DNA from: Euglena gracilis
Taxonomy: Eukaryota
DNA length: 64,000 bases
Assembly: GCA_039621445.1 (NCBI GenBank)
Contig: CP154954.1
Location: 5,681,919 to 5,745,918 of the forward strand
Direction: 5' to 3'
This document shows, piece by piece, positions 36,745 through 49,540 of this stretch. Position 1 is the stretch's first letter. Each line of letters opens with the position of its first letter. The notes beneath the pieces are model-generated. The model ran no database searches. It had not been told where the DNA came from and saw nothing but the letters and a program-made list of their open reading frames with translations. A program made the translations under genes and the position numbers.

Positions 36745-38643
36745 TGTGGGAGGGCGGCTGGCAAAAGACACAGTAGGAATAGCGAAAAATAGGTGCTCCT
36801 AATTCGTTTCTGTAGGGAGCAATCAAACTGTACACAATGCCTCAGAAGTCTGGATTTGGTCTTGCTTGCCTGAAAAACTAAGATAAGTTCAATAAAAAGC
36901 CAGTGGCGAAGGAATTTCCTGAAAAGACACTCAGAACACATTGTGTACAGGGCTGCCTGGTCTGCCGCCATTGGCTGTGCCAAGCGGAAGGAAGTGCAGC
37001 AAGAAGGTCTGGACTGGAGGACATTTGTCAGTCAAGGTTCTCCCGAACCTGTCCAGGGGAAGTATGTCAGGGAAGATTACACAGTTCGACATCACCATTT
37101 CAAGCACATCTGCCAGGAATTGGGGGTGGATCCCCAAATTGATCTTTTTGCAAGCTCAAGTAATTCAAGGTGTGACAAGTATTTCAGCCTGGAAGAAGAC
37201 TCATTGCATCAGATTTGGCCCACGGATGTGCCATTGTGGTGCAATCCTCCTTGGTCCTTGTGGCCAGAGGTTGCCTACAAGATTGTGCTGCAGCCCTGCT
37301 CCATAATCTGTATAGCCCCAGGGTGGAGTTCATCATGGTTACAAGCTCTGCTGCTGCTGTCCGAGAAGAAGGTGTACTTTGAAACTGGAGTGCGGTTTTT
37401 TGAGTTGGATGGCAGGCCCTGCAAGGGGACGAAATGGCCAGTATGGGCTTTGCTGGTGAAGTCCACTGGAGAGTTCGATGCCAGTTGGCTCGATGAGCCT
37501 TGTGAGCTGCAGGACTGCAAGGTTGTTCCCAGTTGGGCAGCCAATGCCACTCGAAGAAGGAGATGGAGGAGAATGAATGTCAAGAATGGATGGAGGAGTT
37601 GTGAACCGGAATTTCAGTGAAACCCCTTTCTGATGCATTTGTGCTTTTTGTTTGGGTTGGGAGTCCGTTGCTGGAAAGTTCGGGCCTCGTAGCCCCTTTT
37701 GCCACACCATTTATGGGTTGGGAGGCACTTTCCAAAAGCAAATTTGGCCCAGTAACCCCAGGACACACCAGCAAAATTGCACATGTCATTTCCCATTCCA
37801 AAGTTTTTGCACTGCTGTGATGGGTTGGGAGGCAAATGCTTCAGCATTTTTGGGCCCAGCAGCCCCTTGTGCCACACCACACACTGCGCAATTCTAGCCA
37901 AATGTCCATCAATTGTCCAATTGTGCTGTAAATCTATGGGCAGTCAATGGTGCCTGACTCGGCTCGGATTACTGCACACAATTTTGGGCAGGAGAAAGTT
38001 CACCAAATCGTCTCAACAAGGGTTGCATCGAGAATTGGGGCTTTCAATGTCAATTTTGGATTTTTGAAAATCGTTTCCTGACCCTGCCATTTTGTGGGTG
38101 CCGCTTCAAGGGGGCCCTGCCCTGGCATTCGCATTTGGCAACCCAAGCCGGCCTGGGCTTCTGGGGGGCCTTCTGGGATAACTTGTGGTTTCTGGGGGGA
38201 AACCACAGGTTCCTCAGATGGCGTCCCAAATGGGCCCAGGAGTGGGCAAGGGGGGGTCATGGAGTGTTGTACTGGACTGGCCTTGGTGGCAGCAGCTGTT
38301 TTATGCTTTAAGTGGGCCTCTTGTACCGTACCCCCTGGACACTGCCCCCCCCCCCTGGACAGCGCCCCCAACCGTAAAAAAAAAAACCTTCCCGTTTCAT
38401 TGCCAGCCGCCTAACTTCGTAGGTGGTCGGCAATGGCCTGGGAGGGGCGTGTGGGAGGGCGGCTGGCAAAAGACACAGTAGGAATAGCGAAAAATAGGTG
38501 CTCCTAATTCGTTTCTGTAGGGAGCAGTCAAACTGTACACAATGCCTCAGAAGTCTGGATTTGGTCTTGCTTGCCTGAAAAACTAAGATAAGTTCAATAA
38601 AAAGCCAGTGGCGAAGGAATTTCCTGAAAAGACACTTAGAACA
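36745..38643 (+). mobile_element. Non-autonomous LTR element (TRIM-M) carrying only a DNA amino-methyltransferase
   Basis: 194-bp LTRs at 36745-36938 and 38450-38643 (TG...CA, about 2 mismatches); TSD CTCC at 36741-36744 and 38644-38647; PPT GGGAGGGG before the 3' LTR. Confidence 0.92.
36943..37620 (+). CDS. Dam-like (N6-adenine/N4-cytosine type) DNA methyltransferase
   Basis: EDYTV...LGVDPQIDLFASSSNSRCDKYFSLEEDSLHQIW...LWCNPPWSLWPEVAYKI...ICIAPGWSSSW; frame open from 36874 with no internal stop, but no early ATG. Confidence 0.8.
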   Translation: MYRAAWSAAIGCAKRKEVQQEGLDWRTFVSQGSPEPVQGKYVREDYTVRHHHFKHICQELGVDPQIDLFASSSNSRCDKYFSLEEDSLHQIWPTDVPLWCNPPWSLWPEVAYKIVLQPCSIICIAPGWSSSWLQALLLLSEKKVYFETGVRFFELDGRPCKGTKWPVWALLVKSTGEFDASWLDEPCELQDCKVVPSWAANATRRRRWRRMNVKNGWRSCEPEFQ

Positions 38644-40439
38644 CTCCCTCTCCCACCGGAGCACCCACTCCAGGGAGTCACTTAGGGGAAGAAGGAGGAA
38701 CATCGCCGACCCAGGTACGAAGCAAGCACCAATGTGGAGGCGGGACGCAGGTATGTAGCAGGGGCACGATACCTTCGGCTCCAGGGGAGTCACACACCTC
38801 CACTAGGGGACGGAGAGGTCCAGCGCGGAAGCAGAGGCAGAGGCACGGGCAGACATGAAGGGCAGGCTGGAGTGGTCTGCGGGTGAGGGAGGGTGCACCA
38901 CGTAGCAGGGGCCCAAATATGGACCCCGCTTCAGCCATCCAAAATCCCCGCATCCAAAAAATCCAACAAAAAATCCCCGCAACGCCCTGCATCGGAACCA
39001 CACCTTTGGCCTCCAAAATTCCCGCATCGCCGAAGGTGCTTGGCGACAGGGACCCAAAAAGCCCACGGCATTTTTGACTCGACCATTCGGGCTCCGCACT
39101 TCGAGATGGTGAGGTCCTGCTTTCCTTGCCGGCTGTTCTGTTCTGGTATGTTTGTGTGTGCGCGGAGGGTGCTTCTTACTGCTTTTTGTTGCCGGAGTTG
39201 GCTGATTCCTAATTCTGCCCTTCGACCACAAGGAGAAAGAATTTCAAATCAACGAGTGCAACAACGTTCAGCACAGCATCCAATCAATACAGAGGAGGAA
39301 GAGCAATTCAGACGATACCGAAAAGTGCAGGAAGAAAAATTTTGATTTCCATGAAAGATGCAACATACCTCGAGTCCAGCGGCGCAGCAGAGCAACAAAG
39401 AACCCCTGCGAAGACAGCAGAAGCTGGAGAAGATGGAGTTCAGCAGGCGCCGGAGCAACCAACATGGAAAGCCAAGCAGCGTTACAAGGAGTTTCAGGGA
39501 AGAAACCTGAAGTGGAGAAGAGTGGAGGAGCAGCAGGCGCTGGAGACGATGACGGAGCAGGAGCGGAGCACCAGTCCGTGGCCGTCGCAACCCCCCCACC
39601 TTCCGATTTCCCGAAAAAATTTCAATTCCAGTTCGACGACGGCCATGGACCCTGGACATTGGTGGCCAGAAAGTCGAGGAGACAAAGACACCAGCAGCCC
39701 ACAGCCCAGAGGGACAGAAATGGGGAGACAGGTCTGGAAGACTACCCCCCCATTTTCACATCACCACCCCCCACCCAGGGGGAACATTCCAAGGGGAAAT
39801 GGACTGCATCAAGGGCATGACGACCCTTTCCAACAAGGCTATGGCAGCCATCGTCAAGGGCATGGAGCCCAGCTGCAAGGCTATGGCAGCCATCATCAAG
39901 GGCATGGCGCCCAGCTGCAAGGCTATGGAAGCCAGATGCAAATGCTGCAAACTTGCCCCAGGGGAAAGGCATGTCCAACTTACCCCACAGCTGTCTCAAA
40001 CATAAATCCCTCAGGGGCTGTCAATCAATGCAGCAAGCAGCCCCCCCTTCAGGGACAGAAGGGCAATGGAGGCCATTGAATTCAGAATCAAGAGGCCAAT
40101 GGCGGCCAGTGGAGGAATCAAGACCTCAGGGCCAGGGCAGGCCATTTCAATCAAAATCAGGAGGCCAATGGGGGCCAATATATGATTCAAGATCACCACA
40201 TCAGCCCTTGGGGGGGAGGCCCAAGATTGGCTGCAACAGGGCCCCCCCAGAAGATAATCAGCCCAGACACCCCAGCTTTATATGTACCCCCCCACTGCAG
40301 ACACAGACCTTCCCCCATCATTCAAAATCAGGGGGAAAGCCCGTCCTTGGAAAGCCCTATGGCAGGGCCAGCTGCAGCCCCAGTGATGGGGCAACCAGGG
40401 GAAAGGACCCCAGTGATGGGACCTGGGGAATCCCCAGAC

Positions 40440-41845
40440 ACATTACACCCAGGGGTGCCTCCTTACAAGGCCCTGCAGGCCAGCATTCCCCATTGGGTCA
40501 AAGCAGGTGCCAGCAGAGAGGTATTAAACCTGATAAGGGAGGGGGTTATGGCAGATCTTCCCCTACCCCCTCAAATGTCCTTAAAAGTTCCCTTCAAACC
40601 CTCCCAAGAAATAAGGACTGCCCAGAAAATTCTGAGAGAATACGAATGTGCAGGGGAAACCAGGCAGATCTCCCCACAGGAGGCAAAACATTTTGTCCCT
40701 TATTTCATCATTTCCAAAAAAGAAGGGGAAAAGACCAAAGAAAGACTGATTTCAGATTGTCGACAGTTAAATCACCATTTCACCCCCCAGAAGTTCAGAC
40801 TGGAACACATGGGAAGCATCTTCCCATATTTGAGAAAGGGTTGGTTATGTGGGAAAATAGATCTGAAAGATTTTTTTTTATTTTCACCTGAAGCTGCACA
40901 GCAGCCTGGAAAAACATGTTTGCATGCAAGTGGGGGGGGGAACTTGGCAGTTTCAGGCTGCATGCTTTGGCATCAGCAGCCTGCCACAAAAATTCATGAC
41001 TCTCATGAGAGTCTGGGAAAGAAAATGGAGAAAGGAGGGAAAGGTGGTTTTCATCTACCTGGACGACATTTTGCTGTTAGCCCCCAGCAAAAAGACAGCA
41101 GCCCAACATTTGGCAGAAGTGAAAAAAGACCTCCTACCATTAAACCTCCCCAAAACCTGTTTGTAACCCACACAGGAAAAAAAGCATTTGGGCCAATGGA
41201 TCAATTTGAAAAAAGGCCAACTGGAAATTCCTCAGGAAAAACTGAAATCCTTAAGGAAGGAGCTAGGCAAAGTGCTCACAGCACAAAAAATGAGTTGGAC
41301 AAGTCAGAAGTTATTTAGTCTCCATGCCATTTCTCAGAATTCTGACAGATCAACTTTGCAAAATGGTGGATCTGCACACAAAGTGGGGTTGGGACCACAC
41401 CCTAACCATTCCCCAGGGGCTCAAGGATCAAATTGTGGAATTAAAAACATTTTTACAGCCAGGTGTTGGCAGAGCATTTCAATCCCAGGCCTCTCATAAA
41501 CTCTTTTCAGACAGCAGCACCTGGCAATGGGGGGGGCTAGACAAAGATTCAGGGCAAAAGGTGCAAGATTTTTGGAGGGACCTGCATGTCCTTCATATCA
41601 ATCAAAAAGAGCTGCAGGCTGCAGTGGAAACTGTAAAAGCACTAGCCAAACCAAGGCAAACAATTGTGGTTCATGTGGACAGCCAAGTGGCTGTAAGTTA
41701 TCTAACAAAGTGGGGAGGCAAAAAACCCTACCTAAATACCATCTTAAAACCCCTGCTGTATCATTGCCAAGAAAAGCAAATCAATTTGCAGGTGGTTTGG
41801 GTTCCCACAAAGGAGCAATTGGCAGACTCCCTGACCAGGGAGCAA
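40440..41845 (+). pseudogene. D1 reverse transcriptase plus RNase H
   Basis: RLISDCRQLN, KIDLKD, FGISSLP, IYLDD; RH FSDSSTWQWGG, HINQKELQA, VDSQVA, LADSLTR. Confidence 0.92.
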
Positions 41846-42342
41846 AAGGACCCAGGGGATTATACCCTAAACCTAAACATCTTTCACCAAATTGTTCAAT
41901 TTTTCATTAAGGACATCACCCCAGAGGTGGACATGTTTTGCACACCCAGCAACAAAAAATTCCCCAAGTTCGTTTGTCGATACCCCCACCAAGGGGCTTT
42001 GCTGGTGGATGCCTTAAAGGCAGATTTGAGGGGCTCCCCCCAGTTTATGCAAACCCCCCCTGGAGCATCATTCCCCAGTGGGTACAGAGATTAATGTTAA
42101 ACCCAGACCTGCAATATCTGTTGATTGTGCCCCACTGGGCTTCGACATCATGGTGGCGCCAATTAATGTCAATCAGGCAGCCAAGCAGCAGAGTTTTACT
42201 GGTACCCCCCCAGTGGGGTCTGTTCACCAATTGCTGGGGGGAGGAGCCCCCCCCCCCAAGGTGGGATTTGGCCTGCTTGATTGTGTCAGGCAAATATTAC
42301 AATCCCAGGAAGTTTCGATGTCCAGTATCGACACTTACATAA
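41846..42342 (+). pseudogene. D1 DIRS-type Dam-like MT domain
   Basis: GDYTLN...PEVDMFCTPSNKKFPKF...VYANPPWSIIP...LIVPHWASTSWW; one frameshift. Confidence 0.88.
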
Positions 42343-42994
42343 AAAATCTGGGAAATGTCAAGAGATATGACTCAGCATTCCGGACATTGGTGGGCCACTT
42401 GTTGCACAAAGGGGTGCCCCTGCAGGACTGCACAGTCCACAAGATGGCCGAGGCAATCCTTGATCTGGCTACCCACAACCTCAACACTGCACGAAATGCA
42501 TATGCAGCAGTTTTATTACTGCCAGGGTTTGGGTCATTGAGGTTCTCCCCTCTTTTGTCTCCATTGAAAAGGAAATGGAATTCCAATGTCTGCAAGTATG
42601 CCCATTTCTGGGACCCCACTGATTTTCTAGACAACATCATCAGACAATCAAGACCTCTCTCAGAACTCTCTGTGAAAGAGCTCAGAAACAGACTCATCAT
42701 TTGTTGGAGGCTTTTGGCCCTCCACAGGGGGGTTGATCTTCGCCAGGACACAGCGAAAAATAAGTTTCGCGGGAGAAAAAATTTTCATTTTACTGCAAAG
42801 GAAAGGGTGGCAATTCCCAAGATGGGAGGAAATTTTGAATTTGCCACACACCCCCCTCATTAGCCCCTGGCATTTATTGAAAGAATATGTGGAAAGGACA
42901 GCCCACATGATTGGGCACAAAAATAATTTGTTATGGTCTTTGGATGGAAAAAGACCTTTGACAGCAGAAAGAGTGAATTCACTAACCAGAGAAA
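42318..42994 (+). pseudogene. D1 tyrosine recombinase, 5' part (continues at 60334-~60650)
   Basis: LLALHRGVDL (catalytic R); the distal part has HSTRG and GQWKNFGAFQAHYLR; ...SLTRE|ILQEGG rejoins across the insertion. Confidence 0.88.
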
Positions 42995-44859
42995 TCGGAC
43001 TCCCACGACAGAGGAAGGGGGAGGAAGGGACCAAGAGGGCGAAGCACAAGAAGATGGTGAGGTCCTGCTTTCCTTGCCGGCTGTTCTGTTCTGTGTTTGT
43101 GCGTGCGCGGGGGGTGCTTCTTACTGCGCCTTTGTTGCCGGAGTTGGCGATGATGAGGCCTCCTCCGACACCTTGGCGAAGCTGAACCGTCGTGGCCCCG
43201 CCCCCCCCCCCCTCTCCCATGGTCGCTTGGTGGGGGGCCCCCCCTCGATGGGGATGGTTGTCTCTTTCTGGTGTGTTCCTGGGTGGGTGGTTGGGGCTGC
43301 TTGGTTGGGGGCTCCCTTTCTGGTTGGGATGTCTTTCTTTTTCTGCTGATTTTTTGGGTGGGAGGGTTGGGCTCACCATCTTCTTGTGCTTCGCCCTCTT
43401 GGTCCCTTCCTCCCCCTTCCTCTGTCGTGGGAGTCCGAGACCATTCGGGCTCCGCACTGCGAGATGGTGAGGTACTGTGCACCCCCCTTTGGGCCATAAG
43501 ACTTTGAATTTTTGATACGACCCCAAGTCGCAAATAATGGGCTTGGAAGGCCCCAAAATTTTTCCACTGACCCAGCTGCTGGACTTCTTCCACTTGCAAA
43601 CCAGCATTTTTCCACCATAAGACCCCAGCCCCTCTGGTGCTGTGGGGTTTCCAATGGGTGGTGTCCACCCCCCCCCCTCTTGCAGAATTACTCTGGTAAG
43701 GGAATTCACCCTTTCTGATGTCAAAGGTCTTTTACCATCGAAAGACCATAAAAAATTATTTTTGTTTCCAACCCTGTGGGCTGTCCTTTCCACATATTCT
43801 TTCAATAAATGCCAGGGGCTGATGAGGGGGGTGTGTGGCAAATTCAAAATTTCCTCCCATCTTGGGAATTGCCACCCTTTCCTTTGCAATAAAATGAAAT
43901 TTGTTTCTCCCACGAAACTGATTTTCCGCTGCGTTCTGGCTAAATCAACCCCCCTGTGGAGGGCCAACAGCCTCCAACAGATGATGAGTCTATTTCTGAG
44001 CTCTTTCACAGACAGGTCTGAGAGGGGTTTGTATTTCCTGATGATGTTTTCTAAGAAATCAGTGGGGTCCCAGAAATGGGCATACTTGCAGACATTGGAA
44101 TTCCACTTCCTTTTCAATGGAGACAAAAGAGGGGAAAACCTCAATGACCCAAACCCTGGGAGTAATAAAACTGCTGCATACGCATTTCGTGCAGTGTTGA
44201 GGCTGTGAGCAGCCAGATCAAGGATTGCCTCGGCCATCTTGTGGACTGTGCAGTCCTGCAGGGGTACCCCTTGTGCGCGGTCCGAGGGTGCCCGCCCCAA
44301 GGAGGGGTCCCAAGGGGGCCCAAAGGGGCCACGAAGGGCCGCAAGGGTGCTCCAAGGCCTCCAAGGGCCTTTTGAGGCCCCACTGGCCCCCAAGGGGGCC
44401 CCACAGCCCATTTTGAGCAAGCCAAGGGAAGGTAAAGGAGGGGGCAGTTTGAGGGGGCCAACAGGCAACCCCCAAGGGGATGCGCAAGCCCCTCCGGGCT
44501 TTGCGCAAGCATGCGCACCACCTTGGTGGTCGCTGGGGATGGCGCAATTCATTAAGAATTGCGCAAAGTATACCAAGTAGCCCCCCCAGCTGTAGCCCCC
44601 CTCAATTGTACATTTTCTGTTCACAGGGCTCTGTTTACTCTATTCACTGTGTTGTCACATTGTCATTCAATTGTGCATTGCAAAGGACACTAAGGAAATA
44701 ACAATTACAATTTCAAGTTCAAATCTCATTGATCAAGAATCCAAGTTCATTTGTTGAGGCAAAGTATGTCTTTTCCCCATTATTCAACATCAACATCTCC
44801 ATCTACACCAACACCCACCCCCACCCCACTTTATCACCAAGGGGAAAACCCCCCACCAG

Positions 44860-47800
44860 GTGGGCCCGACGGGCTCAAACAAAAACGATCCTACGCAGGT
44901 TGCGCCGCCAGCGGTCCCTTCACAGGGACCTCAGGAGGGGCAACCCCTACATGGTAGCAGAGGGGGGTTTGAGCCCTCTGGGCTCACACTATGTGAGCCT
45001 GGGGAACTCCCAGATTACCAGGAGGATGACGAAGACGACAGCCACAGCCCCAGCCGTCAAGGCCAGCAGCTCCTGGCCATTGCCGGGCAGGCCCAGCCGG
45101 ACCCCCAGCAACCAGAACCATCTGGGTCCGGCATGGCATTGCCCAGCAGCCTGGGACTGCTGTCAGGCATGCCCAGCCTGGTCATGCCGGGTTTTGTCAA
45201 TGACATGACCAGGCAGGTCATGTGGCAATTCGCCATGCGGGGAAAAATCAAAGAAGAAGAGGAAGAACCAAAAGAAGAAGAAGACAAAGAGGAATTTGCA
45301 AGCCAGGCCCAGCCCCTTCTACTGCAGGCGGGGCCCTGGCAAAACCCTGGGGATGCCGGGCCGGCACATGCGCCGGTGGGCCATGTCGGGTCTGGGCATT
45401 TCCCAGCCGGACCCGACCATTGCTCGCTGGTGCATGCCGGTCCCGGGCATGATGGGCCCCAAGGACATGCCCCAGACCCAGCCACCCAGTGGCAGCTGCA
45501 GGAGCTGCCCCCAGCAGGGGTTTTGATGGAGGACGAGGACCAGACAGCCCAGGGGGGGTTGGTGCCAGAACAGAGCCCGAAGGGGAGGCACCCCCCGCAC
45601 CCCCCCCAGAGGTTGTGGGAGGAGGCGGAGGCACAGGCCGCTGCCTCAGTGGTTCTGGGGCAGGAGATCCAGCGGTTGGATGGTTGGGTTGGCGACCTGC
45701 AAAGTCGGCTCGCTGAAGCGGGGGCCACCACAGCTGCTTCAGGTAGCCGCCTGGAGCAGTTGGTGTCCTTGCAGTTTCAGCGGGTCACTGAAAATTTCCA
45801 AGGAGTGGTGCAGCAAATGGAAAGGACCCAGGCTGGGCTAGCGTCCCAGCTGGCCGAAAATTTTCAAAATCTGCAGCAGAAGCAGATGGAAAATTTTTCT
45901 GGGGGGATGACGGCCCTGAGCGAGCTGGTGACCACCCGGCTGAGCGAGGGCCTCGGGACTGTGGCCCAACTAGCCCAGCGGGTCCAAGGGCTCGAGGCCA
46001 TCGCCAGCCAGGGTCACCAGCCAGCTGAAGGACAGGGGTTTAACGAGGCGATGGCTGGGCGAGTAAAAAACATGGAAGAGCTCCTTGTCACCTCCGTACG
46101 CACCACGGAGGAGGTGATGAGGAGCCAGGAGCTGGCCAGCGGGCGACAGCAGGCCCAGGCCGAGGCCCTGGACCAAAAATTAAACCAGCTGACGGGTGAA
46201 CTCGGGGGGCTGCGAGAAAGAAATGCAGGGATTGCACAGGCCCTGCAAAATTTTCGAGCAGAGCTGGACGGACAAGCCACAGCCATCGCTGAACAACAAG
46301 GGACCATAAGGGAAGACATAAGGGAGCTAAGGGCCAGGGCTGAGGGGCTGGGCCACAGCCTGCAGGAGCTGTGGGCCGAGGTCACCACCCACGGGCAGGT
46401 GATCCAGGCCCACAACGCCCTGCTCCTGGAGGTGGACTCAACAATAAAGGGGGTACCAAAAGAAAATGCCGAAATAAAAAATCGGCTTTCCGTTTTGGAA
46501 ACCAAAATCGAAAATTTTGAAAAATTTTGCCCCCCCATCCAGGAGCTACCAGGGCCACCCAGAGGAGTGGGGCCGGAGAGCGAAGACCCCCAAGGCCCCG
46601 AAGCCAGAGTGCCCCCGGCAACCACAGACCAGACACAGCCCATGCCGGGTGCCCAGAGTGCCAATGGCTCGGGTGCCGCGGGGGGCAATATGCCTCCTGG
46701 CCCCCAGCACCAGCTCCCAGCCCATCCCAGCTTGCTGGGAGGCAAGGGACCTGTGGCCCCCCAGGGGCTCTCTGCTGGCCCCAGCAGCGGGGCAGCGGAG
46801 ACAGTGACCCAAATTCCCGGGGAAGTGGTATCCCCGGGCCCAGCTTCTGTGACTGCAGTTTTTCCCAATGGGTTTTCGGGTTCTGGCCCCCAGAGACCAA
46901 GGGGCAGCCAGCCCCCGGGTCCCCTGGCTGCGGGGGGCAGCCTGCCCCAGGGCCCCACGGCTGCGGGGGGCAGCCAGCCCCAGGGTCCCACGGCTGCGGG
47001 GGGCAGCCAGCCCCAGGGTCCCATGGTTGCGGGGGGCAGTCCGGTCCAGGTCCCTGCTGCTGGAGGGACCCCAGCTGCCCAGACACCTGGCACGTTCGGG
47101 TTCCAGGGGGTGGATTGGGAGGAAGCGGAACACCAGATTAAGGCTCACGGATTTATTAATTTTTTGGCCTGGTTGGGAGCCCAGGAGCAGCAGCAACAGT
47201 CTCGGCAAAATTCACGAACAACGGGACAGTCCAGCACAGCAAAACCACAGGCAGCAGGCACAGCAGGTTCTACAGGGCCAGAGCAGGGATCAACCTGGGG
47301 TGAAATCAGCCGAGCACCAGTGGCCCCCCCAGCCCCGTGGGTTCCCCGCAGGAGGGGAGTTCATGGGGGCAATGGACCCTTTCGCCTGGGCCCCTGAGGC
47401 TGGGGCAGCATCGTGCAGCGCTGCCCCTCTGGCCTTTGGGTCCCAGGACACGGGAGCCTGGGTCCGGGGGGTTCAGGCAGCTCCGGTCCACGTGGCGCCA
47501 GCAGCCCCCAGCCCAGCAGCCAGCATGTTTTTGGGACCGCTGGCGACACTCCTCACCAAAGACCTTGTAAAACCAGAGCTGAAAGGTGATTTTCATCATT
47601 TTTCAGTAAAATTTCAGCTCTACATGCAGCAGGTTTCCATGGGACAGCCAGTGGGGGAGGAATTTAAAATGCTTGTTCTGACCGGCTGCCTGGACCACAG
47701 CAGCCGGCTGGAACTCCAGCGGCGACAGGAGATGGGGGAACGGGTCAGGTTCCAGGATTTCTGGAACTGGCTGGCCCAGAAATACGGCGGTGACATCCAG

Positions 47801-48868
47801 GCCTCGCTGCATGAGCAGCTCAGGGCCCTCAGACCGGTCAACACGGGAAAGTTAACCCTCCCGGCGTGGCGTGAATATGAAAGCCAGTTTAAATTAATTT
47901 TCTGCCGGATGGAAAACCCCTCTGAGGAGGAAGCACAGGCTCTGGTTCTGCAGCAGCTCCCAGATTCCATGCGTAGGGCAATAATCAGGGAGCAGACCCG
48001 AAAAAATCAGGATGCGCCCACGGTGCGGCTGTGGCACATCCCTGGGTTGACGGCGGAAAAGGCAACACAGCTCGCCCAGGAGGCTGTGGGTGAGGGGGAG
48101 CCGGTGACAGTCAGGGCACACCGGGACTCCTTCCTCATCAAGCTCTACAGCCGGCGGGCGCTGGAGAGGCTGATGATGAGGAACGGGGCCACGCTGCAGG
48201 GGGGCAATACAGTGAAAATCACCCCCCACGAAACAAAGCTGGGATTGGAAGAGGTTTTTCGACACGCTGAAAACGAGCTGCGGTGCCAGGAACGGTCTGA
48301 CAGCTATGGCCGTTCTTGGGGTGGACGGGGGGTCCCAGCCCACCAGGAGGACCACTGGGCTGGGGGCCTCGACAATTTTTCAGTCTCTGAGGTAAAACCG
48401 CAGGAAGCCAGGCCAGCCCAGCCGCAGAAAACGGTTTCACAGCCAGCTGAGGGAGGAGCAAAGGCAGGACCCCCCAAAGGCCCTGAGGGGCCACAGGACA
48501 GGCAATCACAGCACCGGGGCGGGTCACCTGGAAAGGGACGGGAGGGACGCAGGTCACCCAGCCCGGGGCAAAGGGGAAAGGGGTTCGGCAAGGGGGCTGG
48601 CAAGGGCGGCCCAGATTTTCGCCCAGCCAGGTCCCCAACCCCTCACCCAGCCGCCAACAGGGAACAAACCCCCCCGAGGAGCCCCCGGAGTGGCCCCTCG
48701 GTGGACCAGCCCTGCAGCCAGTGCGGGGCCACAGATCACTGGTCTCGGGAATGCCCAGGAAAGAAGTGTTATGAGTGCGGGAAAACGGGACATCTGGCAC
48801 GACAGTGCTGGTGGAGAAAGGGAAAGGGGAAGGGGGCGTCCACACCCCCACGGCGGGGGAGTGCCTGA
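44860..48868 (+). CDS. Element C gag (coiled-coil N-terminus, capsid-like region, two CCHC knuckles); one frame change near 47300
   Basis: ORFs 44860-47397 and 46868-48868; CSQCGATDHWSREC and CYECGKTGHLARQC. Confidence 0.85.
44952..44963 (+). promoter_or_regulatory. Primer binding site, tRNA-iMet type
   Basis: TGGTAGCAGAGG directly after ...CCCCTACA; complementary to the CCUCUGCUACCA 3' end of typical eukaryotic initiator tRNA-Met. Confidence 0.85.
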
Positions 48869-49540
48869 AAAAGCGGGGGCCAGAAGGGAGGGGACGGGGG
48901 CCCAGGGTGCCCCCAGCACGGCCCTCGGAAGGGGGGTAAGGAACAGGCTCACGGAGAGGGTTGGGTTTTGGTCAAGGGAAGGTCCAAAGGCAGATCCGGA
49001 CCTGAACCTGCACGGTCCCCCCAGCCCCCCCTGACTGAGACACGAAAAGGGGCTGGGGGGGGCCAGCAGGCCCTCTCATTCGACTCTGCCAACCCCTGGT
49101 CTGCGCTTTTCACCAGTGAGGGCAGCCCAGGGGGGGGCTCGGGTCAGAATTCAGGCACGGGACAAAGGGAGAAGGGACACAAGGCGGCTGGCCCTCCGCA
49201 GCAAGCCGCCCAGGGGTCTTCGGGTTCCAGCACACCCGGTCTACCGCAGATCACAACACCAGGAAGGGAGGGGAAAAACCCAAAACAAAAAAATGAAAAA
49301 GAAAAAAACAAAACGCTCTCACAGGCATCAATCAGGGAGGCAGCAAGGGAGGTCATCAACGTTCCCCAAACCAGTAAAGGCACGGATGAAACCGCCCCCA
49401 GCACGGAAAGGGATTCAGGGTTTTCGATTCGCCAGGTGAGGTGCGTCAGGACCGCACCTTCCACCTCAGCCCCCACACCACAGCCAGCCCCAGCACCACT
49501 CCCAGCCCGTTCCTCAGGGTTTGGGAGGTCGCCCTCCCGG

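Noticed and set aside
43146-43185. Hammerhead ribozyme (GATGATGAGGCC...GGCGAAG)
   Set aside because: The core deviates from CUGANGA/GAAA and the sibling copy at ~60850 reads GATGATAAG.
42660-44624. 654-aa minus-strand ORF as a single gene
   Set aside because: It is a chimera crossing the C LTR, the D2 YR and terminus, and antisense D1.
44952-45000. Antisense tRNA gene
   Set aside because: Only ~12 nt match tRNA-iMet (the PBS); no cloverleaf is evident.
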